From an uncultured Peptostreptococcaceae bacterium (GTDB lineage Bacteria > Bacillota > Clostridia > Peptostreptococcales > BM714), in NCBI GenBank assembly GCA_964617505.1, contig CAZTZB010000003.1, positions 7,968-71,967 of the forward strand: a DNA stretch of 64,000 nt. Reading direction: 5' to 3'. This document shows, piece after piece, positions 1 through 9,114 of this stretch; the stretch's first letter is position 1; every line of letters starts with the position of its first letter. A model generated the notes under the pieces. The model saw only the letters and a list, made by a program, of their open reading frames with translations, was not told the DNA's origin and made no database searches. The position numbers and the translations under genes are program-made.

Positions 1-554
1 TATCGTTTAGGGATGCAATGAGTATTGAAAAAACGGCAATTGATTTGTTTCAAGCTGTCCCGAAAAAAAACAATATGGATATTATTGTTCAGAAGAATAC
101 TGAACTTGGAATAAATTCGATTAGACCTTATACTTCATCTAGAACTATCGTTAAAATAGATGAAAAAAACAGCGACAAGAAAACGCAGAGATGGTCACGC
201 GTTGCTAAAGAGGCTGCGAAGCAGTCCAAAAGGACAGACATACCGGAAATTGCAGAAACAGTTTCTTTCAAGGAAATGCTTTTAGCATTGAATGAATATG
301 ATAGGGTCATTCTACTCTATGAAAGCGAAAAAAGAAAAGGGTTCGAATGCATTGAATCTATGGAAGGAAGAATAAAAAATATTGCCTTGATTGTTGGACC
401 GGAAGGCGGCTTTTCGACAAAAGAAGTGGCGGATTTGAAAGAGAGGGGTGCAATCTCAATATCCCTGGGTCCCCGAATATTAAGAACTGAAACAGCTGGT
501 TTTGCAGCGCTTAGCATCGTGCAATATATTTTTGGAGACATGAAAGGAGCTTGA
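1..554 (+). CDS. rsmE: 16S rRNA (uracil1498-N3)-methyltransferase RsmE, 5'-truncated by window edge
   Basis: The frame is open to the window edge. The C-terminal SPOUT-type segment is IVGPEGGFS...ISLGPRILRTETA. It is followed by mtaB, as in B. subtilis yqeU-yqeV. Confidence 0.85.
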   Translation, partial: SFRDAMSIEKTAIDLFQAVPKKNNMDIIVQKNTELGINSIRPYTSSRTIVKIDEKNSDKKTQRWSRVAKEAAKQSKRTDIPEIAETVSFKEMLLALNEYDRVILLYESEKRKGFECIESMEGRIKNIALIVGPEGGFSTKEVADLKERGAISISLGPRILRTETAGFAALSIVQYIFGDMKGA

Positions 555-563
555 TGGAAGTTA

Positions 564-1853
564 ATGAAGATAAAATTTTTGATCGAGACCTTGGGATGCA
601 AAGTCAATCAATATGAATCGGAAGCCCTTAGGGAAGCACTCATAAAGGAAGGCTATGAAGAGTCTGGGCAAGGGCAAATACCGGATTTAGCCATATTCAA
701 TACCTGCTGTGTAACCCACCTTGCCGAGCGAAAATCAAGGCAGACAATAAGAAAATATGCGAGAATGCTTCCCAAACCTCAAATAGCCGTTTTAGGTTGC
801 TATCCCCAGATTGCCGAAAATGATATAAAAAAAATTGCAGGTGTGGATATTATAATGGGAGCCTGCGATAAGGGCAGGCTTATAGAGTTGCTTAAAAAAG
901 AAGATACGGGTATTTACATCACTCCTATTGATGAAGGAGAGCCATATGATGACATGTGCCTTGAGGATAATAACGATAAGACAAGGGCCTTCATAAAAAT
1001 ACAGGACGGCTGTGATAATTTTTGTTCGTATTGCATAATTCCCTATACGAGAGGGAGAATTAGAAGCAGATCACTAGAATCCATATTGAAAGAAGCTGAA
1101 TCACTTGTTAAAAAAGGATATATGGAAGTCGTTTTAATAGGTATACAATCTGCTTTTTATGGAAGAGATTTGGATAGGGATATTGAATTGCTAGATGTTA
1201 TAGAAGCACTTGCCGGCATAAAGGGAATAGAACGTGTACGCCTAGGGTCTGCTGAACCTACCTATTTTAATGCTGAAAGATTGGATCGATTATCTGGCAT
1301 ACCTGAATTTTGTCCGCATTTCCATCTTTCCTTGCAGAGCGGGTCAGACAGCGTGCTTAAAGCGATGAATAGAAAATATACGACAGAGATATACTCTGAA
1401 ATAATAAATAATATAAAAACGAAGTTTGATAATCCATCTGTGACAACGGATCTTATTGTAGGATTTCCAGGCGAGACAGATGAAAACTTTGAAGAAACAT
1501 TGTCGTTCATAAGAAAAATGGCTTTCAAGGATGTTCATGTTTTCAGGTATTCCAAAAGAAAAGGAACAGCGGCAGCTAAAATGCAGAATCATGTAAATCC
1601 GGATATTGCCAAGAAGCGGAGCTTTTCTGCAATTGCATGCGCAAGCCAATGCGCAAATTCTTTCATGGAATCCCAGCTTGGAATAGTTGAAGATGTTCTA
1701 TTCGAAACTGTTTCAGAAAGCGGTATATGGGAAGGACATTCAATGAATTTCACAAAAGTGAAAATAGAATCTAAAGAGATGCTTTCCGGTAGAATCAGAC
1801 AGATTCGATTGATTCGCATTGATGAGGATATGATTTGGGGAGAAATTGTATAA
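564..1853 (+). CDS. mtaB: tRNA t6A37 methylthiotransferase MtaB (radical SAM MTTase)
   Basis: It has the N-terminal MTTase motif IETLGCKVNQYES and the radical-SAM cluster CDNFCSYCIIPYTRG. Its position directly after rsmE supports the call. Confidence 0.85.
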   Translation: MKIKFLIETLGCKVNQYESEALREALIKEGYEESGQGQIPDLAIFNTCCVTHLAERKSRQTIRKYARMLPKPQIAVLGCYPQIAENDIKKIAGVDIIMGACDKGRLIELLKKEDTGIYITPIDEGEPYDDMCLEDNNDKTRAFIKIQDGCDNFCSYCIIPYTRGRIRSRSLESILKEAESLVKKGYMEVVLIGIQSAFYGRDLDRDIELLDVIEALAGIKGIERVRLGSAEPTYFNAERLDRLSGIPEFCPHFHLSLQSGSDSVLKAMNRKYTTEIYSEIINNIKTKFDNPSVTTDLIVGFPGETDENFEETLSFIRKMAFKDVHVFRYSKRKGTAAAKMQNHVNPDIAKKRSFSAIACASQCANSFMESQLGIVEDVLFETVSESGIWEGHSMNFTKVKIESKEMLSGRIRQIRLIRIDEDMIWGEIV

Positions 1854-1896
1854 ATAGATATTGAATCTGTTATAATAATCCAAAGGGGGTGTAGAG

Positions 1897-2241
1897 ATGG
1901 AAGACTGTATCTTTTGCAAGCTAGCAAATAGGGAAATCCCGACGGAATTTTTGTTCGAAAGTAAGAGCGTGGTGGCTTTCAATGATGTTAATCCGGTTGC
2001 ACCTGTTCATGTTCTTATTATTCCCAAAAAACATTTGGGGTCTGTAAATGATTTGACAGAGTTGGATGCGGGTCTGATACAAGAGATGACAATAGTTGCC
2101 AAGAATATTGCCGAAAGCCTTGGAATAAAAGAAAAGGGATATAGACTTGTAATAAATACCGGATTGGACGGAGGACAGGAAGTGGGACATTTACATATGC
2201 ATCTTATTGGTGGAAGACCAATGAATTGGCCTCCGGGTTAA
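1897..2241 (+). CDS. HIT family (histidine triad) nucleotide hydrolase
   Basis: It carries the histidine triad GHLHMHLIGG near the C-terminus. The length of 114 aa is typical of Hint-like proteins. Confidence 0.85.
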   Translation: MEDCIFCKLANREIPTEFLFESKSVVAFNDVNPVAPVHVLIIPKKHLGSVNDLTELDAGLIQEMTIVAKNIAESLGIKEKGYRLVINTGLDGGQEVGHLHMHLIGGRPMNWPPG

Positions 2242-2247
2242 AATAAA

Positions 2248-2276
2248 TTGCAAAATATCTTGATATGATGTATAAT
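2248..2276 (+). promoter_or_regulatory. sigma-A type promoter upstream of rpsU
   Basis: TTGCAA (2248-2253), a 17-nt spacer, then TATAAT (2271-2276). It lies about 60 nt upstream of the rpsU ATG. Confidence 0.6.
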
Positions 2277-2337
2277 TTTTAAGTGTTATATAGTGTTATA
2301 GGTAGTCCTCATTTATCATCGGAGGGGGGGATATTTA

Positions 2338-2514
2338 ATGTCTGAAATTTTATTGGGGGAAAATGAAACCCTTGACAATGCGCTTAGAAGATTCAAGAAA
2401 GAATGTGCCAAATCTGGCGTTCTTCAGGAAGTCCGAAAAAGAGAGCATTATGAAAAGCCAAGCGTAAAACGCAAGAAAAAGGCTGAAGCAGCAAGAAGAA
2501 AGAAAAAGAAATAA
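2338..2514 (+). CDS. rpsU: 30S ribosomal protein S21
   Basis: This 58-codon ORF is absent from the ORF track, which only lists ORFs of 60 aa or more. ATG 2338 is preceded by the SD GGAGGGGGGG. The translation [58 protein letters not shown] is unmistakably S21. Confidence 0.95.
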   Translation: MSEILLGENETLDNALRRFKKECAKSGVLQEVRKREHYEKPSVKRKKKAEAARRKKKK

Positions 2515-2532
2515 TAAAGAAGGTGTACGTTT

Positions 2533-2976
2533 GTGTCACTAAAAAAACAACTCATGGATGATATGAAAACTGCCATGAAAGAGAAGGATCGACTTCGAAA
2601 AACTACGATTGTTATGTTGAGAGCCGATATTAAGCGTTTTGAAGTTGACGAAAGAAAAGAACTGTCAGATGATGGAATAATCGATATCATCTCCAAACAG
2701 ATTAAGCAAAAAAATTCTGCAATCCTTGACTTTAAAAGAGGGGACAGAGAAGATTTGGTTCAAGAAGCTGAAGCGGAGATAGAAATTCTAATGCAGTATC
2801 TTCCCGAGCAACTCACAGAAGAAGAGCTTAAGGAAATTATTAGCAATGCTATATTCGAATTGAAAGCTGAATCCATGAAAGACATGGGCAAGGTTATGGG
2901 AGCAGTAAAACCCATAATAAAAGGCAAAGCGGATGGAAAGATGGCATCGGATATTGTCAAAGCCCTTTTGTCATAG
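2533..2976 (+). CDS. yqeY: GatB/YqeY domain-containing protein
   Basis: GTG start with an AGGTG SD 7 nt upstream. The sequence MSLKKQLMDDMKTAMKEKD...ILMQYLPEQL...MGKVMGAVK matches the YqeY family. It follows rpsU as in Bacillus. Confidence 0.85.
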   Translation: MSLKKQLMDDMKTAMKEKDRLRKTTIVMLRADIKRFEVDERKELSDDGIIDIISKQIKQKNSAILDFKRGDREDLVQEAEAEIEILMQYLPEQLTEEELKEIISNAIFELKAESMKDMGKVMGAVKPIIKGKADGKMASDIVKALLS

Positions 2977-2984
2977 CGTAACGG

Positions 2985-3019
2985 AAATAGACTCCTAAGG
3001 GAGTCTATTTATTTTTTTC
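2985..3019 (+). terminator. rho-independent terminator after yqeY
   Basis: Hairpin aaatagactcc-taag-ggagtctattt followed by a T-run. Confidence 0.75.
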
Positions 3020-3082
3020 TGTTTATATAAAAAGAGCCGATATTATTATATAATGAAATGTAAGACTGAAAGAAGGCGGGGG

Positions 3083-4075
3083 ATGAATTTGAAAAACGAC
3101 TACATTAGAAAAGTACAATTGGAGGATGGAGAATTCCAATCGCAGCTTTTCGGAGACTTGGATTCCAACATAAAGGAAATAGAATCGTTGACGGGAGCGG
3201 AAATCACCCTAAGAAATGATGAAATAATAATAAATAGCGAGGACGAGGAAAATTCGACTATTGCCTTTAAGCTTATCAATACCTTAATCGAATTAATTAC
3301 AAAAGGTGAAATCATAGATAAACAGAGAATAAATTATGCTTTGAATCTTATTAGAGATGGTGAAAAAATTACTTTGTCGAACCTTTCAGAAGATATAATA
3401 TGTGTTACGAACAGAGGCAAATTTATCAAACCAAAGACAATAGGTCAAAAGAAATATATAGACTCGGTAAAAGGAAATGATATCGTATTCAGTATAGGAC
3501 CTGCTGGAACAGGAAAGACTTACTTGGCGGTTGCTATGGCTGTATCTGCTTTCAAAAATAAAAGGGTTAGCCGAATCATATTGACCCGGCCGGCTGTGGA
3601 AGCTGGAGAAAGCCTTGGGTTTTTACCGGGCGACCTACAGATGAAGATAGATCCGTATTTAAGACCGCTTTATGATGCCTTGTATGATATATTGGGGAGC
3701 GAGACTTATTTGAAATACAAAGAAAGAGGCTTGATTGAAGTTGCGCCACTGGCATACATGAGGGGACGAACACTGGATGATGCTTTTATAATATTGGATG
3801 AAGCTCAAAATACTACGAAAGCGCAAATGAAAATGTTTCTTACAAGGATTGGATTCAGTTCAAAGACGATTGTAACAGGAGATATCACACAGATAGACTT
3901 GCCTAGGGGGAAGGAATCAGGACTTAAGCAGGCCTCGGAGATTCTTAAAGAAATACCTGGAATAGGATTTATTGAGCTTACAGGTAGAGATGTGGTTCGG
4001 CATAAACTGGTTCAAAAAATAATTAAGGCTTACGACAAATATGAAAAACGCATAGAGTATAAAAAAAGCAGGTGA
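3083..4075 (+). CDS. phoH: PhoH-like ATPase (PhoH/YbeZ)
   Basis: It has the Walker A motif GPAGTGKTY and the motifs ILTRPAVEAGE.LGFLPGD and ILDEAQN. I prefer ATG 3083, which has the SD GGCGGGGG, over the track start 3053. Confidence 0.9.
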   Translation: MNLKNDYIRKVQLEDGEFQSQLFGDLDSNIKEIESLTGAEITLRNDEIIINSEDEENSTIAFKLINTLIELITKGEIIDKQRINYALNLIRDGEKITLSNLSEDIICVTNRGKFIKPKTIGQKKYIDSVKGNDIVFSIGPAGTGKTYLAVAMAVSAFKNKRVSRIILTRPAVEAGESLGFLPGDLQMKIDPYLRPLYDALYDILGSETYLKYKERGLIEVAPLAYMRGRTLDDAFIILDEAQNTTKAQMKMFLTRIGFSSKTIVTGDITQIDLPRGKESGLKQASEILKEIPGIGFIELTGRDVVRHKLVQKIIKAYDKYEKRIEYKKSR

Positions 4076-4082
4076 TTAAAGT

Positions 4083-4553
4083 ATGGATATTATAATCGAA
4101 AATAGGCAAGAAAAGGTAGATTTCTGTGAAGCCATTGGTAAACTTATAGAAAAATCAATACAAGAAGCATTAGACTACGAAGGGCTGGATTTTATTGATG
4201 AAGTTGATGTGCTCTTGGTGGATGACGAGGCAATAAGGATACTGAACAGGGACTTTAGGGATGTAGACAAGGAAACTGATGTCTTGTCGTTTCCAATGTA
4301 TAATGGAATTGAAGACATAATGAGTCAAAGGGATAGCGCCGGTCTGATGCTCCTTGGAGATATTGTTATTTCTCTTGAACGCGCGAAAGCTCAGGGTCTG
4401 GATTTTGAACACGGAATTGAAAGAGAAGTGTCGTATTTAACGGTTCACAGCATCTTGCATTTACTCGGATATGACCATATGCAGGAAAGCGATAAAAAAA
4501 TCATGAGAGACAAAGAAAAAAATATTATGATGAATATGGGGATTGAAAGATAA
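4083..4553 (+). CDS. ybeY: rRNA maturation endoribonuclease YbeY
   Basis: It carries the zinc-binding motif HSILHLLGYDH. The 156-aa length and the phoH-ybeY synteny agree. Confidence 0.9.
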   Translation: MDIIIENRQEKVDFCEAIGKLIEKSIQEALDYEGLDFIDEVDVLLVDDEAIRILNRDFRDVDKETDVLSFPMYNGIEDIMSQRDSAGLMLLGDIVISLERAKAQGLDFEHGIEREVSYLTVHSILHLLGYDHMQESDKKIMRDKEKNIMMNMGIER

Positions 4554-4566
4554 AGGGGTGAATGAT

Positions 4567-5634
4567 TTGGGGAAAAAAATGAGTATTTTAATTTTGCTTT
4601 GTGCTGCCTTGTTTACTTTTGCAGCATGCACAAAAGTGGAAACGGTAAGTCCGCCTGAAGATTTAGGAGAGCAGAGCGAAGAGGAAGTTTCAAATGAAGA
4701 AGTACTCGAGGAAGTAGAAGTTCCGGAAGAAGAGGAATCTCCTTATCGTTCTGTTTTGACAGGACTTCCTGTTGATGAAGCCGTAATGGCCAAGCGTCCA
4801 ATCGCGGTCATGTTGGATAACCATATTGGGGCACGTCCTCAATCCGGTTTGTCAGATGCAGAAGTTGTTTTTGAGATACTTGCTGAAGGCAACATAACAA
4901 GATACATGGCCATTCTTCAAGAAGTGGATATGAATTCGATTGGACCCATTAGGAGTGCAAGGCCATATTTCATAGATAAGGCTTTGGAATTTGATGCTTT
5001 ATATGTGCATGTTGGAGGAAGCCTTGCGGCACTTGACGATATAAAAGACTTTAACATGGCCGATATAGACGGAATGAATAGAGGAACAGATACATTTTGG
5101 AGGGTGAATCATAAAAAAATACCTCATAATATGTACACAAGCACCAAGGCTTTAAGGGCTGCGGCAAAACGAAGCGAATACAGAACGGATTATGACATCG
5201 GATTTGCATCATTTGCTAAAGAAAAGCAAGAGTTCAAGGATGAAGAAAACCTTAAAAGCATAATATTTGGATTTAGCATGTACTACAAGCCATCATTCAT
5301 ATATAATGCTGAAAATGAAATATACGATAGATTCGTAAAGGGAAGTCCCCAACTTGAAGAGTTCAGCTCAGAACCCATAAAAGCAAAAAATATTATTGTG
5401 CTGAAAATGAAAACTAAGGTTATCGATAGTGAGGGACGTCTTTCAATTGAAACAATAGGCAGTGGAACGGGCTATTACATAACATGTGGCAAAAAAATGG
5501 ATATTGGGTGGGAAAAGGAAAGTAGAGAAGGAAAAACTTTCTATACAAGAAACGGTGAAGAATTAATGCTTAACCCTGGCAATACATGGATTGTTATAGT
5601 TCCGATGGATTTGGAAATTGAAATCAATAGTTAA
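4567..5634 (+). CDS. DUF3048 (YerB-like) lipoprotein
   Basis: The signal peptide has the lipobox LFTFAAC and is followed by an acidic linker. The core RPIAVMLDNHIGARPQSGLSDAEVVFEILAEGNITRYMAI is typical of DUF3048. The start is uncertain: TTG 4567 after an AAGGGG SD, or ATG 4579; the track start is 4543. Confidence 0.7.
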   Translation: MGKKMSILILLCAALFTFAACTKVETVSPPEDLGEQSEEEVSNEEVLEEVEVPEEEESPYRSVLTGLPVDEAVMAKRPIAVMLDNHIGARPQSGLSDAEVVFEILAEGNITRYMAILQEVDMNSIGPIRSARPYFIDKALEFDALYVHVGGSLAALDDIKDFNMADIDGMNRGTDTFWRVNHKKIPHNMYTSTKALRAAAKRSEYRTDYDIGFASFAKEKQEFKDEENLKSIIFGFSMYYKPSFIYNAENEIYDRFVKGSPQLEEFSSEPIKAKNIIVLKMKTKVIDSEGRLSIETIGSGTGYYITCGKKMDIGWEKESREGKTFYTRNGEELMLNPGNTWIVIVPMDLEIEINS

Positions 5635-5646
5635 GGAGTGAGAGCA

Positions 5647-6045
5647 TTGAATAAAGAAGAATGCAAAAGCTTGATTGAAAAAGCCGCAAAGGCTAGGGAA
5701 AAAGCATATGTTCCATACTCGGAGTTCAAGGTAGGAGCGGCTGTTTTGACAGTGGAAGGTAAAGTGTTTACAGGATGCAATGTTGAAATAGCGTCTTTTG
5801 GGGGGACAATTTGTGCAGAGCGCACGGCTCTTGTTAAGGCAATAAGCAATGGCTATAAAAACTTTAAGGCGATTGCCGTTATCGGAAAAGAAGGTTCTTT
5901 CACTTTTCCATGCGGAATTTGCAGACAGTTTATTGTAGAATTTGGTATGAACATTAAAGTTATAGTTGCAAAAACAACTGAGGACTTCAAAGTATTTACA
6001 ATAGAAGAACTATTACCCTATGGTTTTACAGGGAGGGATTTATAA
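5647..6045 (+). CDS. cdd: cytidine deaminase
   Basis: It has the zinc motifs CAERTAL and PCGICRQ. TTG 5647 lies 8 nt after an AAGGAG SD and gives an N-terminus MNKEE...AYVPYS that aligns with known Cdd proteins. The track start GTG 5638 overlaps the SD. Confidence 0.9.
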   Translation: MNKEECKSLIEKAAKAREKAYVPYSEFKVGAAVLTVEGKVFTGCNVEIASFGGTICAERTALVKAISNGYKNFKAIAVIGKEGSFTFPCGICRQFIVEFGMNIKVIVAKTTEDFKVFTIEELLPYGFTGRDL

Positions 6046-6047
6046 TT

Positions 6048-6944
6048 ATGGCAGTAAAAAAATTCAAATCCGGTTTTGTGACAATAATTGGACGCCCGAA
6101 TGTGGGCAAATCTACACTGGTAAATGCCTTGGTAGGCGAAAAGGTTGCAATTATATCGAACAAGCCTCAGACTACAAGAAATAGAATAAGCGCAGTATAC
6201 ACTGACAATGAAAAACAAATTGTTTTCATAGATACTCCGGGAATCCACAAACCCAAAAATAAGCTGGGAGAATTTATGGTTCATGAGGCAAAGACGACAT
6301 TCAACGAAGTGGATTTGATTGTGTTCATGGTCGATGAGTCCAAAAGCATAGGTCCTGGGGACAATCATATTATAGAATCTCTAAAAGAGCTTAGAACGCC
6401 ATGTTTACTTGTTGTCAATAAACTTGACCTAATAACACCAGAGGAATTCAAGGAAATCTATGACAAGTATGAAGCAATGGGAATTTTTGATGAAATTATT
6501 GGGATATCTGCGCAAAATCAAATGAATCTTAAAAAGCTTATAGCTACTATCGGGTCATACATGGAAGAGGGTCCAAAGTATTTTCCTGAAGACATGGTAA
6601 CTGACCAGCCTGAGAGGTTCATAGTTGCTGAAATAATAAGGGAAAAATTATTGAATATATTGTATGATGAAGTTCCTCACGGGATTGCGGTCGGAATCGA
6701 AAAAATAAAAAAAAGGGAAGAATCTGATATAACTGACATTTATGCGATAATTTATTGCGAGAAGAAATCCCACAAGGGAATCATTATAGGAAAGAACGGT
6801 AAGGTTCTTAAAAAAGTTGGAATCGATGCTCGAAAGGATATTGAAAATCTGCTGGGTAACAAGGTGTTCTTGGAAATATGGGTCAAAATAAAGGAAGAAT
6901 GGAGAGATAGGGACAGCCTTCTCAATCAGTTCGGATATAGATAA
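6048..6944 (+). CDS. era: GTPase Era
   Basis: It has G1 GRPNVGKST, G3 DTPG and G4 NKLD, plus a C-terminal KH domain. Confidence 0.95.
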   Translation: MAVKKFKSGFVTIIGRPNVGKSTLVNALVGEKVAIISNKPQTTRNRISAVYTDNEKQIVFIDTPGIHKPKNKLGEFMVHEAKTTFNEVDLIVFMVDESKSIGPGDNHIIESLKELRTPCLLVVNKLDLITPEEFKEIYDKYEAMGIFDEIIGISAQNQMNLKKLIATIGSYMEEGPKYFPEDMVTDQPERFIVAEIIREKLLNILYDEVPHGIAVGIEKIKKREESDITDIYAIIYCEKKSHKGIIIGKNGKVLKKVGIDARKDIENLLGNKVFLEIWVKIKEEWRDRDSLLNQFGYR

Positions 6945-6949
6945 AGGGG

Positions 6950-8332
6950 GTGAAGCAATTGGACTATATAATGGAAACTGAAATTCTGAAAATCATAGAG
7001 CAATTGGATCAAAATAAGTTTATTGAATTGAACTTATACTTGGAAGATATCCATTCGGCAGATATAGTTGAAATAATAATGGAATTGGAAGAGGAAAATC
7101 GCAAGAAACTGATAAGCGTTTTGTCATGGGACAAAATCAGCGATGTTCTTGAAGAAGTCGAAACTCCGGTTTTTATAAATCTTATAAGCGCATTTACAAA
7201 AGATCAAAAACGAATGATTTTGGAAGAAATGGGTCAGGACGATGTTGTCGACCTGATTGCTTCACTTGATGATGCGATGCAGAAAGAACTGCTTTCGCTT
7301 CTAAACCGTGAAGAGGCTTCCAAATTGAAGGAATTGCTTGGCTACGGCAATGATACCGCCGGCGGTATCATGACAAAAGATTATATAGCGGTAAAAAAGG
7401 ATATTTCCGTTTATCAGGCTATTGAAGAGGTGAGAATACAGGCATCTGAAGCTGAGACGGTTTATTATGTCTATGTTGTGGATCAAGAGGAGAGGCTGGT
7501 AGGCGTCCTATCTCTTAGAGAACTTATTATTACCAAAAGCAATAAGATCATAGAAGAAATCATGCAGGAGCAAGTGATTAAGGTCAATGTGGGCACCGAC
7601 CAGGAAGAAGTAGCCAAGATGGTTGCAAAGTACAACCTGATTGCTATTCCGGTCGTTGATGATTATGACATAATCAAAGGAATAATCACAGTTGACGATA
7701 TCATCGATGTAATCGAAAGCGAAGCAACAGAGGATATATACAAGTTTGCAGGAACAAATGAAGGCGAATACAAGATGGAAGATTCTTTCCCGAAGAGGAT
7801 ATGGGCTTCCGTCAGTTCGAGATTGCCTTGGCTTGTTGTCACTGTTTTTGGAGGCATACTGTCTGCAAAAATAATTGGAGGATTTGAATCTACGCTTAAC
7901 AGCAACACGGCAATAGCCTACTTCATACCCTTGCTTGCAGGCATGGGTGGAAACGTGGGAACGCAGTCTTCAACCCTTACAGTTAGAGGTCTTGCAACCG
8001 GACAGATTGACAGCAAGGAAGTCTTAAAAATAGTCCTACATGAGTTTTCCGTCGGTTTTTCCGTCGGCTTGGTGTGCAGCCTTATGGTGGCGGTATTGAC
8101 TTTCGTTTTGCAGGGGGAGATGCTGCTAAGTTTGATTATAGGAGTTTCTATGTGGGCAAACATGATTACGGCTGCGACAATTGGAACGCTGGTGCCGTTG
8201 ATTTTCAAGAGAGTTGGAGTTGATCCGGCTGTTGCATCCGCACCATTTATTTCTACTACAATAGATATAACAGGAATTTCAATCTACTTCACATTGACCA
8301 CGATCTTAATGAGCCAATTCAACCTATTCTAA
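6950..8332 (+). CDS. mgtE: magnesium transporter MgtE
   Basis: It has the MgtE N-domain, a CBS pair and the C-terminal TM domain with GMGGNVGTQSS. The start could be TTG 6959, 8 nt after an AAGGGGG SD. Confidence 0.9.
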   Translation: MKQLDYIMETEILKIIEQLDQNKFIELNLYLEDIHSADIVEIIMELEEENRKKLISVLSWDKISDVLEEVETPVFINLISAFTKDQKRMILEEMGQDDVVDLIASLDDAMQKELLSLLNREEASKLKELLGYGNDTAGGIMTKDYIAVKKDISVYQAIEEVRIQASEAETVYYVYVVDQEERLVGVLSLRELIITKSNKIIEEIMQEQVIKVNVGTDQEEVAKMVAKYNLIAIPVVDDYDIIKGIITVDDIIDVIESEATEDIYKFAGTNEGEYKMEDSFPKRIWASVSSRLPWLVVTVFGGILSAKIIGGFESTLNSNTAIAYFIPLLAGMGGNVGTQSSTLTVRGLATGQIDSKEVLKIVLHEFSVGFSVGLVCSLMVAVLTFVLQGEMLLSLIIGVSMWANMITAATIGTLVPLIFKRVGVDPAVASAPFISTTIDITGISIYFTLTTILMSQFNLF

Positions 8333-8346
8333 GGGATGAGGTCGAC

Positions 8347-9099
8347 ATGTATATAAAAACAGAAGCAATAGTCTTAAGAAAGGTCTTTTACAACGATTCC
8401 GATGCAATATTGACCTTGTTTTCTAGAAAACTGGGAAAGATAAGCGTATATGCTCGTGGCGTGAGAAAACCGAGGACTATGATATCTTCGGTAGCACATC
8501 CTTTCATATATGGAGAGTTTGTTTTGAGAGGAAAACCCGATATGTACAACATTTCTTCGGCTGAAATTATAAATTCAAACTATTCAATCCGCGAAGATTT
8601 GAAAAAATTATCGTATGCTTCATATTTTATTGAATTGTGCCGACTTTCAATTCATGAAGGAATGATAAACAACAGGTTATTTAATTTGACTGTTGAAATA
8701 CTTGAAAAAATGGATGGAGAATTAAGCGATATTGAAAAAATCAAGCTAGTGTATGAAATAAAGCTGTTAAATTACTCCGGATTAAAACCCGAAGTTTCAA
8801 AGTGTTTAAAATGTGGAATAAGTAATATAGAGCATCTGAATGTTTTCAGCATAGCTGACGGAGGAGTAGTTTGTGCAAATTGCTCAAATAAAGAGAAAAT
8901 TAGCAATGGAGTTCCAATAAACAAGCAGTTCGTACATTTAATTAGATATTTAACTGAAAAGGATATTGATGTAATATGCAAAACAAAAATCAACGAGGGA
9001 ATGATCAAACATCTAGATAAGATATTCGAGTTGTATATAAAGTATCATATGGATATACGGTCGTTTAAAAGTCTGGAATTCCTAAAAACAATACAATAA
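8347..9099 (+). CDS. recO: DNA repair protein RecO
   Basis: It has an N-terminal OB fold (TEAIVLRK...YGEFVL) and the zinc finger CLKCG...CANC. The era...recO synteny agrees. Confidence 0.85.
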   Translation: MYIKTEAIVLRKVFYNDSDAILTLFSRKLGKISVYARGVRKPRTMISSVAHPFIYGEFVLRGKPDMYNISSAEIINSNYSIREDLKKLSYASYFIELCRLSIHEGMINNRLFNLTVEILEKMDGELSDIEKIKLVYEIKLLNYSGLKPEVSKCLKCGISNIEHLNVFSIADGGVVCANCSNKEKISNGVPINKQFVHLIRYLTEKDIDVICKTKINEGMIKHLDKIFELYIKYHMDIRSFKSLEFLKTIQ

Positions 9100-9114
9100 A
9101 AGGAGGGTATTTAA

